DNA of 64,000 bases from the human T2T-CHM13v2.0 reference genome, Homo sapiens: the NCBI RefSeq assembly GCF_009914755.1, contig NC_060928.1. One strand, given 5' to 3'. Below are positions 50,951 to 64,000 of this stretch, one piece after another. The position numbers and the translations under genes were made by a program. Every line of letters starts with the position of its first letter. Position 1 is the first letter of the stretch. The notes beneath the pieces are model-generated. The model was not told where the DNA came from and ran no database searches. It saw nothing but the letters and a program-made list of their open reading frames with translations.

Positions 50951-53900
50951 TATTCTGGGTCCTCTTATTGCTCCATGACAGGTGAGACAGAAGTCAGTCT
51001 CTTGGGCAGTCCTCCAGAGAAGTCAGAATGTTGTATTCACAGTCCAGCTTTCTCTTTCTGTCTCCAGGGAGAGGATTAGAAATGAGAATTTCCTCCCAAT
51101 AATGTGGTGCTGTGCGGCGGGGAGGGACTATTTTGAGAGGATGTCACACATTTTCCTGCCAGTTTTGATGTGGCTATTAAATAGTTTCATACACCTGCAA
51201 TGCAGGAGGCTTTTAACTTGCTTCTGGATTCCTCATAAAGGAATTGGTCTGTGCATTGTTGTTGAACCAGTGTCTTCATGGGAAAAAGAAGGGCCTGGGG
51301 CTTTCTATTCACCACCTTGCTGATGTAACTTCATGTCTCTTAAGTTTTTTTCCCCTTGTGTTTTGGTGTCTTATATTATTTTTTATTAAATGTTTGGCAT
51401 TATGTATAGAACAGTAGAGACTGAGATAAATAGTATAGATGGAGATAAATAAATGACATGTGCCTGGAAATGTGCATGTCATTTTGGCACAGGACTCTCA
51501 ATACAAGGGCTAAGTCAATTTATTTAGGAGTCAAGCTGGATTTAGTGTTTGTCATTACCATTGTTATCTTCATAGCACCATAGGCTTTGAATTTCTCTAG
51601 TACCAGGTTGCTTTTCTTTTCAGCTTAGTGTGCAAGCTAGGGTACTAATGTTTTTTTCTCAGTGTTTGTGCTTCACCTTCAGCTTTTAGATATCCCTGCA
51701 TATCTGTACAGAGGAGGTTTCTCTCCATGCTCTTACTGGTTACATAATGCTAGGCTTCTGGTGGTTATGATGAAGTTTGTTTTCCTAGTTCAGCTTCAGT
51801 CTTATACAGGGCTTGCATACCTGGATCTTAGAGGTAGAGCTTTCTCAGCATTTGTGCCCCTCCTGTCTGTGACAGCTAGCCACAATCTTGGATCTGTGGT
51901 TCATGTTGGCTAGGAGATACCTCCTTGGACTCCAGCAGTGGCAGACCTCCACCTGGTATGCATATAGATTCCTGGAACCAGGAAGATTTTCTGTCCTTCA
52001 CCAGCAGAAAGAGCTTTTCCTTTTACCTTTGACCCAGATGCAATGAGTTGTTAACTGTGCTCTGGAACTTACAGTGATTGCTGCCTCATCTCCAGCTTAA
52101 GGCTTTTATTTCTTAGAAAAGAAGGGTCCAAGGACACAAGAAGGAATTAACATTTTCTCCTAGCAACGTCTGACCATACCCTACAGTCTTGCATCATTGA
52201 GGTTGGTTCTTTTTCATCCCCTGCCTTGCCCCATGTTTTCTTCTAAGCACCCAGAGGAAGTCCAAGGAAGAAGGCTTACAAGTGAGGGCAAAGTTCCCAG
52301 TATTTCATACTGACATGCTAACCCACACTTGACTTTTAATAATTAAACAGTTGATTTCTTCTAATCCATGTGTTTAGTGGCCACCTCTTCTTCTCATCCG
52401 GTGCCCCAGATAAGACACTTTGTGTATTCTGTCTCAGAGGGACTAGTCTTTATTTGGAATTCAGCTTACTTGGCTGTCTTTTGAGCTTAGCTATCTAATA
52501 GGATCAAAAAAGTTACCATTTGTGGTTTATCTGACCTTTTCTCATGATTAAGTTGGGAGTAACTTTCTCTCAAGTCTTCTACATTCTGAGGTGAATGAAT
52601 TTTAATGTAACAGATTGTGAAATGTTATTGATATGATTTCAGATTTCACATTGCAGTTTACCTTTACAAACTTACCCTTTTTTAATTTTGATATAGTATT
52701 GAAGAATATTAAAATTATATGAAATGGCTGTTCAAATACTTCTCCCTTTTCCAGCCACTTATCTGTGTGAGGTTGAATTTCTAAATGTACTTCAATCAAA
52801 ACAGCATATTACAACAAATTGAATTAAGAAGATATGGTAATCCATTTGTCTTCTATTAAGAAAATTTGCAAAAAAGTAAAGCAATACCATTCTTCTCACT
52901 GTTTTTATTTTGGAAAATACAGTTTTAAAAAATAAAAACATGTTATTTATGCTAGTATACAGTAGATTCATTATTATTTTTGAATGATTTAATGTCTTAT
53001 GAAATATAATAAAATAAATTAATATTTTAAGATAGTATTTTTAAAAAATTCCTCATTTTAATTCTCTAGTATGAGAAATATGTACAGATACAACTCACAT
53101 AAACAACAGCTCTTTGGGATTCTCAGTAATTCTTAAGAGTATAAATAATTCCTGGGATGAAAATATTTAAGAACTACTGAGATAGATATGAGGTGAAGAT
53201 ATTGCTTAGAAGTCAGTAACACATGGTTTGTAGAGAAGACTGTGGGTATGGATAATATCCAGAGAAAGGTTATAGAATGGTAACAAAACAGAACCAAAAA
53301 TAGACCCTTGAAAACTCCAATACTATGGCAGAGTGGAGAAAGAGAAATAAGCAAGGAATACCAGGAAGAATAATCATAAGCATACAGTGTCATAGTGGTC
53401 AAAGGAGTAAAGTGGGAGAAGAAAGGGATGGAGTAATTGTGTCTGTAAATGCCTTAGTGAGGGAAATATCCTTTGAATCCCCACTGTGACATATTTACAG
53501 GAAGGTGATGTAATAGGTAATAACTCCTTCCAATATCCTTTAAGCTATTGAATTCCTTCCCTTACACTATACAATGAAGTTCTCACGTCTTAGTTTCATC
53601 ATTTAATGTAGACCAGTGTTGAGTCTATGTTTAGATGAACTAAGTGAACTAAGAGAAAACACTTTTTAGCCACTTGAATTAACACATTGAATCCAGATTT
53701 TTTATTCAGAGTACCCAGATCAATACATCTGTGTTCCCCAAACTCTGACATTTTAATGCACTAGATCCCAGGCAGTAAGACTTCATATTTTAAACATGTA
53801 TGCCATGAGCTATTTTTTTTTTTTTTTTTACTGGCAATGAGATTATTTCTGTCCTTTAATCTAATTAGTTTACAGAATCAATTCCAGATCCTATCTTTTG

Positions 53901-55672
53901 AGGCTTTGTTTTCCTGATATTAAATGCAAAAGCTACTCTCTATAGCCCACGTTTGAAAGGTTTTAGTATATGTTAGTTCTAGGATAAGGAATTTGAGGCT
54001 GATACAGCTGTTGGAACAGCTGGAGGAGCAAAGTCAGGGAAGCTGCCACTGACAATCTTAGCATGAAGCATGGAAATGAGTACTTCTCAAGATCTTACCA
54101 GTGACCTGCTCACAGCATCTGACTGAACCTGCCCCTGGAGAAGAATGGCCTGTCCTTTCTTAAGTCTCAGTGAATGACAGGTCTAATGGGGAACATGAAG
54201 GGAAGGGTGTTCTGGGAAATGTGGTTTCTAGCTTTCCCTCTGAAATGCAGATAAAATTTTAGAAGAGAGTGGTAGTAATGCTGAGTTGGCCATAAATAAT
54301 TCAGCACAGGGCCTGAAATGTTGAGTCACAATGGGAGACCTAATAAGGTTGGGAGCCTGAGAAGATGCACTGGGGTCAATAGTTAAAGATTGAAAGCAAG
54401 CAAAAATACTTGGGGAATATTAGAGCCTGAAGGCATGGCTACACATTCAGGTTCAAGCCGAGCAGAAGGTAAAACAAGTAATTATTGGCCAGGAAGGCCC
54501 TCCATGATATATTCCAGAGCTATCTTTCCATTCTTAGCTTCCTGATCTACCCCAAACACTCTGTGTTCAGATCTTTTGTTCCTCCTAATGTGAAGCTTGT
54601 GTTTCCTTCTGCCTGGGATGCTTTCCTTCCTCTTGTCACATGGTAACCTCCATCTTACTGTTCTTAGATCTTAGCTCAGAAGACTTCTCCTCAGAGAAAT
54701 ATTCCTATACTACTGTATCTGATCTACTGTACCTATACTACTGTAACCAATCACAGTGACTTATTTATTTCCTCCAGAGTTTTTAACATGATGTACAATT
54801 GCCTTCTTTGCACTATTTGTTTAAATAAGTTTCTAATTAAACATAAAACAAACAAAAAGCCCTTAAGAAAGAAATTCATTAGTGTCACTACTTTGTTAGC
54901 AGGCCATTAGGAAAGCTATTTGAGTCCTGTGGCTTTCCACTATCCAGCAAATCATGACATTTGGTAGCTGTTATTCTCCTTATTAAACACAGATATCCAT
55001 ATAGATAAGCATAATCTTCCCTTTATCCATACTTTTCCTTTCCTTCATTCATCCCTTATTGTGTTCTTAGTATTGAACTTCAGTTAATTGCTGTAATGTC
55101 TGCTACACTCAGGCATTATGGCAATGACCATATGGTCAAAATTCTTAAATTGCTAATTTGATTGTTTGCTCATCTCACAAATATTTACATATATCTACTA
55201 GCTCTCTAAATTTTCCAGCACCCAGGTACCAATGGTATTGGATTTGCATGGCAAAAAGATAATAGCTGCCATCTTCCTTTTATACCCCTGCCTATTAGAC
55301 AACATTGGCAAGATTATAGCTATGATATAATACTTCATTTTGTTTACATCCCATTTTATGAAAACAGGCACAAATAAAAACAAAGGAAACTCTTAACCTT
55401 TAAGAAATCATTGCCTATTTGTCATTATATATTATACTGCTTAGGTTGGTGGGAATTTTGTTCACAATATCATTAATGATAAAGACAGAACTTTCATCTA
55501 TGTTACAGTCCAAGAGTATAATGAGCTTTTATTATATGTATTTACTTTTAGAGACATGATTCAGTACATGATAAAGCTGATTCATGGAAGACAAATTCTT
55601 CTTTTATAGAGACTAGGTTCCTTTTTTTTTCCTTATTAGGTGGCACTCTATAGATTATTTACAGAATCGTGG

Positions 55673-55698
55673 TGTGTGTGTGTGTGTGTGTGTGTGTG
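55673..55698. repeat. (TG)n microsatellite
   Basis: Direct reading. Confidence 0.9.
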
Positions 55699-55949
55699 CA
55701 TGCACGTGCACAGTATGATTTGATAATCTCAGTCTTGTTAGCTACTAATTCTCCTTTATTTTATTTTGCTTACCATCTCAATTTCTTCATCTAATCAGTC
55801 ACCAAGCTCTACACATTCTACTTTGCTAAGTCTCCCAGACAAATCTTTCACATTTGCTCCTCTAAAGTATTAAGTCACACCTTCCCTAATGATGTATTTC
55901 TTGGATGATTGCAACAGGTTTCAAACTTTCTTCCTTAATTTGTTTCTTT

Positions 55950-56115
55950 TCTTGGATTTGTGTCTGAACTCACTCCTTACCAGGTGGGTAACTTGGGGTG
56001 AGTTACACAGTCTCTCTGAGGTTGAGTTTGCACTTTGCAAAATGGGCACAATCATACCAGTTATTTATATTTGTTGTGAGGATTAAGTGAGTTAATGTAT
56101 GTAAATGCTTAGCAT
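55950..56115 (+). mobile_element. MIR SINE, interrupted near its 3' end
   Basis: 'tgcaaaatggg..ttgttgtgaggattaagtgagttaatgtatgtaaatgcttagca'. Confidence 0.75.
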
Positions 56116-56120
56116 ACATT

Positions 56121-56383
56121 AACAGCATGGGGGAACAACCCCCATGATCCAATCACCTCCCACCAGGTCCCTCCCTTAACACATGGAGTTTACAATTTGA
56201 AATGAGATTTGGGTGGGGACACAGAGCCAAACCATATCAATGGTGTTTTATTTTAAAATATTAACCAATACCTAAGTATCACTAGATATTTAAGAAATAC
56301 AAGCCACACAAAAGGAAATGACCATGACAAAGAAAAATAGAAAGCTGAAACCAGGAAGAAGCACAAGTAACACAGGCAGCTGA
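56121..56383 (+). repeat. Dispersed direct copy of 59940-60197 (MST LTR end plus flank)
   Basis: Long shared stretch such as 'tcaatggtgttttattttaaaatattaaccaatacctaagtatcactagatatttaagaaata'. Confidence 0.95.
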
Positions 56384-58396
56384 GTTCTCAATAAGTAGAA
56401 GAGGAAGAAAATGTTCCCCATAAAATGATCACTTCATCTCCTTCCACTTTCTTAAAGATAGTCTCTGCTGGAGTCAATAAAACTCCTCATTGCCCCTCAA
56501 ATGTGCTCTATGTTTACCTGTTACCGTTTTCCCTTCTGCTTGTGAAATCCAACTCAGGCTTTAAGGTCCAGCTCAAATGCCCCCTAAACTTACAACATTC
56601 ACTGATCCTAATAAATGGAAGTAAATTTTCCCTTCCTGCACACTCCCAGAGGCATTCCTTGTCTTTGCCCTAGCCTATCCTTATCTTTGCTATTTCAAAT
56701 GTCCCCTAAGTCATCTGCATGCTCTCTTCTCCCAGCAAATTAGATGGTAACAGAGGGGTGCCTTTAGAGCCTTCATCTTGAGATCCAGCAGATTGAAAAA
56801 ATAAATACCCTCTTTTAAGAGTGAAGTGGCTATACACTTCTAAGACATCATTCTTGCCTCACCTACCATAACAAACGTAGCAGCCAGTCAGCCTGTTGTC
56901 TAAATATTTCTCTTTCCATGTTCAGTTTCACACAATACTTCACTTTTGTATCAAGTATTCTTTCAGCAACTACTTAGGTTGCTTTCCATTCTCAATCCTT
57001 AAGCGATGCTGTATTTCTTCTTTGTTCCTGTTACTCCTATTTTGACTGAACTATGGGGTTGGTAATTAATTACATATAGTAATGGCTCCTACTATTGCAC
57101 TTTTTTGACTTTATAACAGAATTTCCATCTGAGAAAATAATGTGCTTAATGCTGAGCATATAGGTGAATCTTTAATACTGTTAGTGCCTTTTTCTTGCCT
57201 TTGAGCTATGTAATTTTGTCCCAAGAGCTTACCTTTCCTCTGCTTTCATGGATTCCTCTTTATTAGGACTAGCCTTTTTCTGTCTCTAGGTCTCATTCAC
57301 TCCCATTATTCCCACCCACCCAGGAAATCTACACCGAAATTTGATATTAACAAATCTTGATACATAGCCCTTTTCATGTATCTGATATTCACCACATGCA
57401 GTCCCTATTTATGGGTAGGAATGACTTTTATAACTTCTATTTATTATAAACTTTCTGAGGATACGAACAGTATATTAATCACCTTCACACCCTCCATGCC
57501 TTCCCTAGTGCTTTGCAAATAATAGGTGTTAAATAAATGTCTAAAGAATCAGTAGAATTGATTAGGATTATGGCTTGGATTTGAAGATGTTCACTTTGTA
57601 CAATATGGAATTGTATAATTTGTTGCTATTCTTTCCTTTGCTTTTTTCCCAGTTAAACACTTGGTTTTGAGCCAGAGTTTTTCAATGTAGATACACAGAC
57701 TTTCAGAGCTGAGAGGGATTTCTCTGTGCCTCATCTTTCAAGCACCGGACAGAAAAAAATCTATGCCTGGAATGGTCAATTCATTTCTACACTTTACATG
57801 CTCAGACTGAGGCAGGTGGTGACAAGCTGCCCTGGAAAGTTCACTGGGGACTATAAGACATTACATAAAGAAAATGTCAAGTGACTTACAAAGTCCTCTT
57901 CAAAGGAATCCCCCTGCAGACCCACGCCGAATACAGATATTGCTTTTCCTTGCTACTCCTCTAGTCAAGCTGTATGTGCTCATTTTAGTAACACTGAGTA
58001 CTTCTCTGAAGGGGCTGACATTGTCAATTTATCAGTCTTCAGAATAAAAATGCTTGAAACTTATGCTGATTTTACATAGTTTTACATCTCAACTGTGCTA
58101 TCTGTACCAACAGTAATGAAAACTAGTAAAGTGACTTACTGTTTTCATGCCAGCAAGGAAGAAATTTTTTGATACTGCTTTCAGCTTAAAACAAAATGAT
58201 GGACTAGTGTGCACAAGTTTTTCTCTTAATTCGGTTTTGTATTTTTTTCTTTCTAAAGATCTTTTACTTTCTATTTGTGTGTATGTGTGTGTGTGTTGAT
58301 ATGTGAAATCTTTACCTTTCTAAAGATTTTTGAGGATTTAGGGTTTCTAAGTATTTTGAATAGTTACATAACATACAAGTTAAGAATTGCATTCTT

Positions 58397-58727
<331 letters not shown>

Positions 58728-59277
58728 TCATGTTTCTTTGAATTTATAATTGAAGTCCTCTGTGTACTTGTATGTGCTTGTACCAGTTTAAATTTGTGGG
58801 CCCTGTGTATATACCCAAGGAAAGGGGAACCTTTAAAAGAGAAAGAATAGGCATATTTGGAATTATAACAATGTAAATATTTAAGTGAATAGAAGGTTTT
58901 TAAACCAAAGTATTATATTATATCATATATTTTAGCTTAGCATAGTATGAGGTTGAGAGGAAAAGACAGAGGTAGTATATAAAAAAAGACTGCTTTCCAA
59001 AGAGATTGAGTGATCTGCCTGGGCACAGCCACAGCTCTAAGTGTTGAAATTGCTGTCACCAGAATAAAATATTTTCTATTTTCACATTTTGGGGGAATCC
59101 TAGTCAGTATGTCTGCTCCCAAATCTTAGACCCTAATATGAATTCTCTAGTTGACATGTCAGCTTACAAATCAGTGAGTGCAGTTAACTTTCATTAGGTG
59201 AGAGTGATGTTTGGAAAAATAAATTTGCAGGAAAGCAGAAGAAACCTATGTTATCTACATATATTAATCAATATGGT

Positions 59278-60057
<780 letters not shown>

Positions 60058-60062
60058 ATGGT

Positions 60063-62100
60063 GTTTTATTTTAAAATATTAACCAATACCTAAGTATCAC
60101 TAGATATTTAAGAAATATAACACAAAAGGAAACGACCAAGGTAAAGAAAAGTAGAAAGCTGAAATCAGGAAGAATCACAAATAACACAGGGAGCTGAAAA
60201 CCAACCAACCAAAGAAAAAGGTACTTCTTGAATTATAATTTATATCTTTAGAGATATTTGTGATGACAACATACCCATAAAGCCAAAACAATTTTATAAA
60301 AAAGGATTACAGACTAACAAAAAATATGACTGTGAAAAAATCCACAGAAAATTTGGAAAATAAAATCAATGAATTTCTCAGGAGATAAAGAAAAGATAGA
60401 AAATATAATGACAGGTTCCAGAGGCAATAAGTATTAATCTGGGAAGTTTAACATGCATCTAAAAAGAGGAAAGAGTGGAAGAGAAGAAATAAGAAATAGA
60501 AGAATATTTGTTAAATTTGAGGAAAGACATCTTTTCAGATTGAAAGTGTCTACTGAGGTCAATAAGATTGAATATATTTTAAAAACATATATATTTCTAT
60601 GACATTTCTCAACAAGAAGAATAAAAATTAAAACTTCTAGGCATAAAAGCAAGTATGTACAAAAAATAATAACCAGATTAACATCAGATCCGTTTTATCA
60701 ATGATATAATATACTGAAAGTTCTGATGGAATGATTTTGCATCTAAAATTCAATACAGAGCCAAACAAAGATAAGGGGATAATAAAAATGTTCCATGACA
60801 TACAAAAATTCAGAAATTCTTTCTACTTTTCACTTATCCTCAGGTGCAGGCAGAAAGAAATTCAGTATTATTCTAGGAGCAAGAAAAAAAAATGAATTCT
60901 AAGAAAAAGGAAGAGTATGTAGTACCAGGAAACAAAGGAACTACTCAAGAGTATAATAAAAAGAAATCTCAGGATGACAGATGTACAGGCAATTTTAGAG
61001 TACAATTAGTCCAATTTAGAACAGGAAATCAGAAGCTTCCTTTAAGAATACCTTTCAAGGCTGTGCATGGTGGCTCATGTCTGTAATCCCAGTACTCTAT
61101 GAGGCCAAGGAGGGCAGATTGGTTGAGTCCAGGAGTTCGAGACCAGCCCAGGCAACATAGCAAAACTCCATCTCTACTAAAAATACAGAAAATTAGCTGG
61201 GCATGGTGGCACACACCTGTATTCCCATCTCAGGAGGCTGAAGTGGGGGGATGGCTTAAGTCTGGGAACTAGAGGCTGCAGTGAGCCGAGATGGCACCAC
61301 TGCACTCCAGCCTGGGCTACCAGAATGAGATCGTGTCTCAAAAAAAAAAAAAAAAAAAAAAACCTTTCAGAAACTAGGATATAATATGCCCAATAGATAA
61401 TGTGATTAAAAAACTGGGAGTTCTTAATAATATAGTGACTATTTCTTACAACAAGTGAAGAGTAAATAGAAATTTAACTTAAAGAAACAAATATATAAGA
61501 AAGTCATGGTCAAAATATGTAACAAATAAAAATTGTAGATGATTTGGGCACTTGGAGAAGTAAAAAGAAAAAGAATCCATTTGATCTTGATGTGTATAAT
61601 ATCCTAATAGCAGTAGGGGCTTAGTGAATGTTATCTTTTCTATAGGTCTATCCAATTAATTAGTTTTATAATTAAGAGTAATTATATGATTATAATGATG
61701 AAAATGCTGTTTCTTGGTTTCAAATTTTACAAGTGAAGCACTGAAATTTTAATTATACTTCCAGAATGAGATTAAATGTTGTAAACCTTGACCATGTAAT
61801 TGATGATATAGCTGATGTGTCAGGAGGTGCAGAGAAAGGATTATTGTAGCAGTGCATAGTAGGATGTTAAGAAAAAGTAGCTAAAGTTGAAAGAGCAAGA
61901 AAAAAATTGAAGTATGTAACTCTATAGGGTTAATTACTGGAATAACTAAAAATTAAAAATGTAATCAATATACCTAAGTAGTGGGAGGAAAGGGAGGAAC
62001 ATGGGAGCTATATATGGGAACTGATTCTTCCTTGGTAGTGTCAATTGTTATCATTACTGGTACATAAAAAAAGTAAATGGATAAAGTCAATAAACTAAGA
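60063..62100 (+). mobile_element. Highly diverged L1M (L1ME-like) ORF1 region
   Basis: A-rich sequence with ORF1-like 'ttttcagattgaaagtgtctactgag'. Confidence 0.5.
61059..61361 (+). mobile_element. AluJ
   Basis: J-type 'ggttgagtccaggagttcgagaccagcc..ggcaacatagc'; TSD ACCTTTCA. Confidence 0.9.
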
Positions 62101-62586
62101 GTGATGGTTAATTTTTTGTGTTGACTAGGCCATGAGATGTCCAAATACTTGGTCAAACATTATTCTGGGTGTTTCTGTGAGGGTGTCGCTGGATGACATT
62201 AACATGTATATCTGTAGGCTGAGGAAAGCAGGTTGCTCTCCCTAATGTATCTAGGCATTATCCAATCAGTTAAAAGCCTAAATAGAACAAAAAGCTTGAC
62301 CCTCCTCTGAGTAAAAGAGAATTCCTTCTGCCTCATTGCTTTTGACTGGGACATTATCTTTTTTCTGCTTTGGACTCACACTGAAACACTGGCTAGTACT
62401 GGGTCTTGAGGCTATTGGCCTTAGACTGGAGCTATGCCGTCAGCGCTTGTGAGCCCCCAGCTTACCAACCCTGCACATCTTGGGACTTGTCAGCCGTCAT
62501 AATTGCATCAGCCAGTTCCTTACAATAAATATATTTATGTATACAGCCGATTGGCTCTCTTTCTCTGGGAAACCCTGCTTAATACA
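62101..62586 (+). mobile_element. MLT2 (ERVL) solo LTR
   Basis: 'gtgatggttaatttt..ggtcaaacattattctgggtgtttctgtgagggtg' through 'aaccctgcttaataca'. Confidence 0.85.
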
Positions 62587-62911
62587 GCAAGGAATTTAGT
62601 TATAAACATATCCTTTAGAATTATGGTGATATCAGCAGAAGATGTAAAAACCAAGGTAACTTCTAAAGAATGAGACTCAGAAAAAAGGATTTGGGTGAAA
62701 AGACTAGATTTTTTTGCTATTATAATATATTTTGTTATATACATGTATTAGATTATAAAAATAATAAAATACAAACCTAAAGAAATATATCTTTTAAATT
62801 ATGAATTATATTTTATTCCTAGGTTTCTTGAAATATTTTCTTTCAAAGTCTTAATAACTATATCACATATATTGTGAAAGTGAGAAAAACTTACAATTCA
62901 AAGTAGTCAAC

Positions 62912-63856
62912 TTGAATTTATAAGGCATGTCATAATTAGATCTTCTAACAAGCCTGGACAAGTAAGCATCTTTAAAGGTGTTAATTGCTCATTTCTCACA
63001 AGCAAATTGACTATTCTGCAGTTGGAGACTGAGTTTGATTAAGTTACCTCTGTTATTACATTACGTTGTATGAAAGTGCTATAAAGCAATGACTATATAG
63101 GGCTGGAAGGTGGCAAGATAGTTGAACCTAAGGCAATACGCTTTCAGACTGTTTTCGCTGTGTCATTAAGTGCTATGCATCATATTTAGCATGGTACTAT
63201 GACAGATTTGAATAGAAAGGTCAGTGTTAAACTATCTGGAAAAATATGAGTTAGCAATATGTGAGTAAGCATCAGGCTAGGTGCATCAGTGGAAACTGAA
63301 AACTGATAACAATGAGCAGTGGACTGTTGACATACATATTTCTGATGTGATACATCTGTAATCAAGTCCAGAATGATTGTTTGACCTCCCAGAGATCATG
63401 GAAAAGCTGGGAGAACTAAATACCTTGTGAATCTAGAAGTCTTAGAGCAATGGATTGCTGTTACTACCTGCATCAAGCCATAATATCTAGTGGACAGACA
63501 CAGTTATACAAATTGCAAATAATGTCAGGACTTCTCACTCACTTTAGGCACTCATAAACCACACAATGGATTTCAGTATAAACAAACAAATGAACAAAAC
63601 CCCAAGGGAATCTCAGTGCCATTCCAGCCTTAGGAAATTGAATTTATAAGTCACATATATGATTAGATTCTCTAACAAGCCTGAGCAAGAAAATTCCTCT
63701 GAAACAGTTAACTGTTAATTCTTCCAAAGTAAATTGACTATTCTGCAGTTGGAGACTGATTTTGAATAAATTACTTCTCCTATTAAATCACATTGAATGC
63801 AAATGCTATAAAGTGATGTTTATATGGGACTGGGAAAGGTGTGAAAATTGCTGGAA
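62912..63856. repeat. Old direct duplication of ~215 bp (62912-63125 vs 63638-63856)
   Basis: Identical blocks at a constant 727-bp offset, including the 29-mer aaattgactattctgcagttggagactga. Confidence 0.9.
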
Positions 63857-64000
63857 CAGTGAGAGAATACCTGTTAGAAATGTTCCACGTAGACCCCAGT
63901 ACTTGCTGCTTAGGAACATGCCAAGTTACATATGAAAGATACTTTGTATGACCTTAGCTTGTATGCCAGACTCTGCCTGCCCTAAGCTGGCATCATCTCA

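Noticed and set aside
54705-54746. Local repeat cctatactactgta x2 with filler
   Set aside because: A small slippage or repair scar in an old repeat remnant with no further structure.
63655-63762. C/D-box snoRNA (ATGATTA...CTGA)
   Set aside because: The C box is imperfect and not conserved in the paralogous copy, and there is no clear terminal stem; kept only as an unexplained duplication.

Overview
Primate (human-like), AT-rich, repeat-dominated genomic DNA with no intact protein-coding gene that I can support. Most of 1-23.8 kb and 31.2-37 kb is nested LINE-1 of several ages, carrying two ERVK solo LTRs (LTR3-like, MER11-like), a full-length MST MaLR provirus, THE1/MLT LTRs and Alus, many with readable target-site duplications (TSDs). 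The one gene-derived feature is a TSD-flanked processed pseudogene (40148-42874, +) of quinone oxidoreductase-like protein 2 (CRYZL2/CRYZL2P), apparently copied from a mis-spliced, already-damaged transcript. The most unusual signals are mutational. Two ERVK LTRs sit at nearly the same L1 position in different L1 copies. An internal L1 fragment forms a ~0.9 kb-arm inverted repeat with its host. There is a ~80 bp twin-primed L1, two templated insertions copied from ~3.7-3.8 kb downstream, several snap-back repair scars, and an old 727-bp-offset duplication with an invariant core. I see no convincing new biological system. Repeat subfamily names come from my recollection of consensus sequences and need RepeatMasker confirmation.
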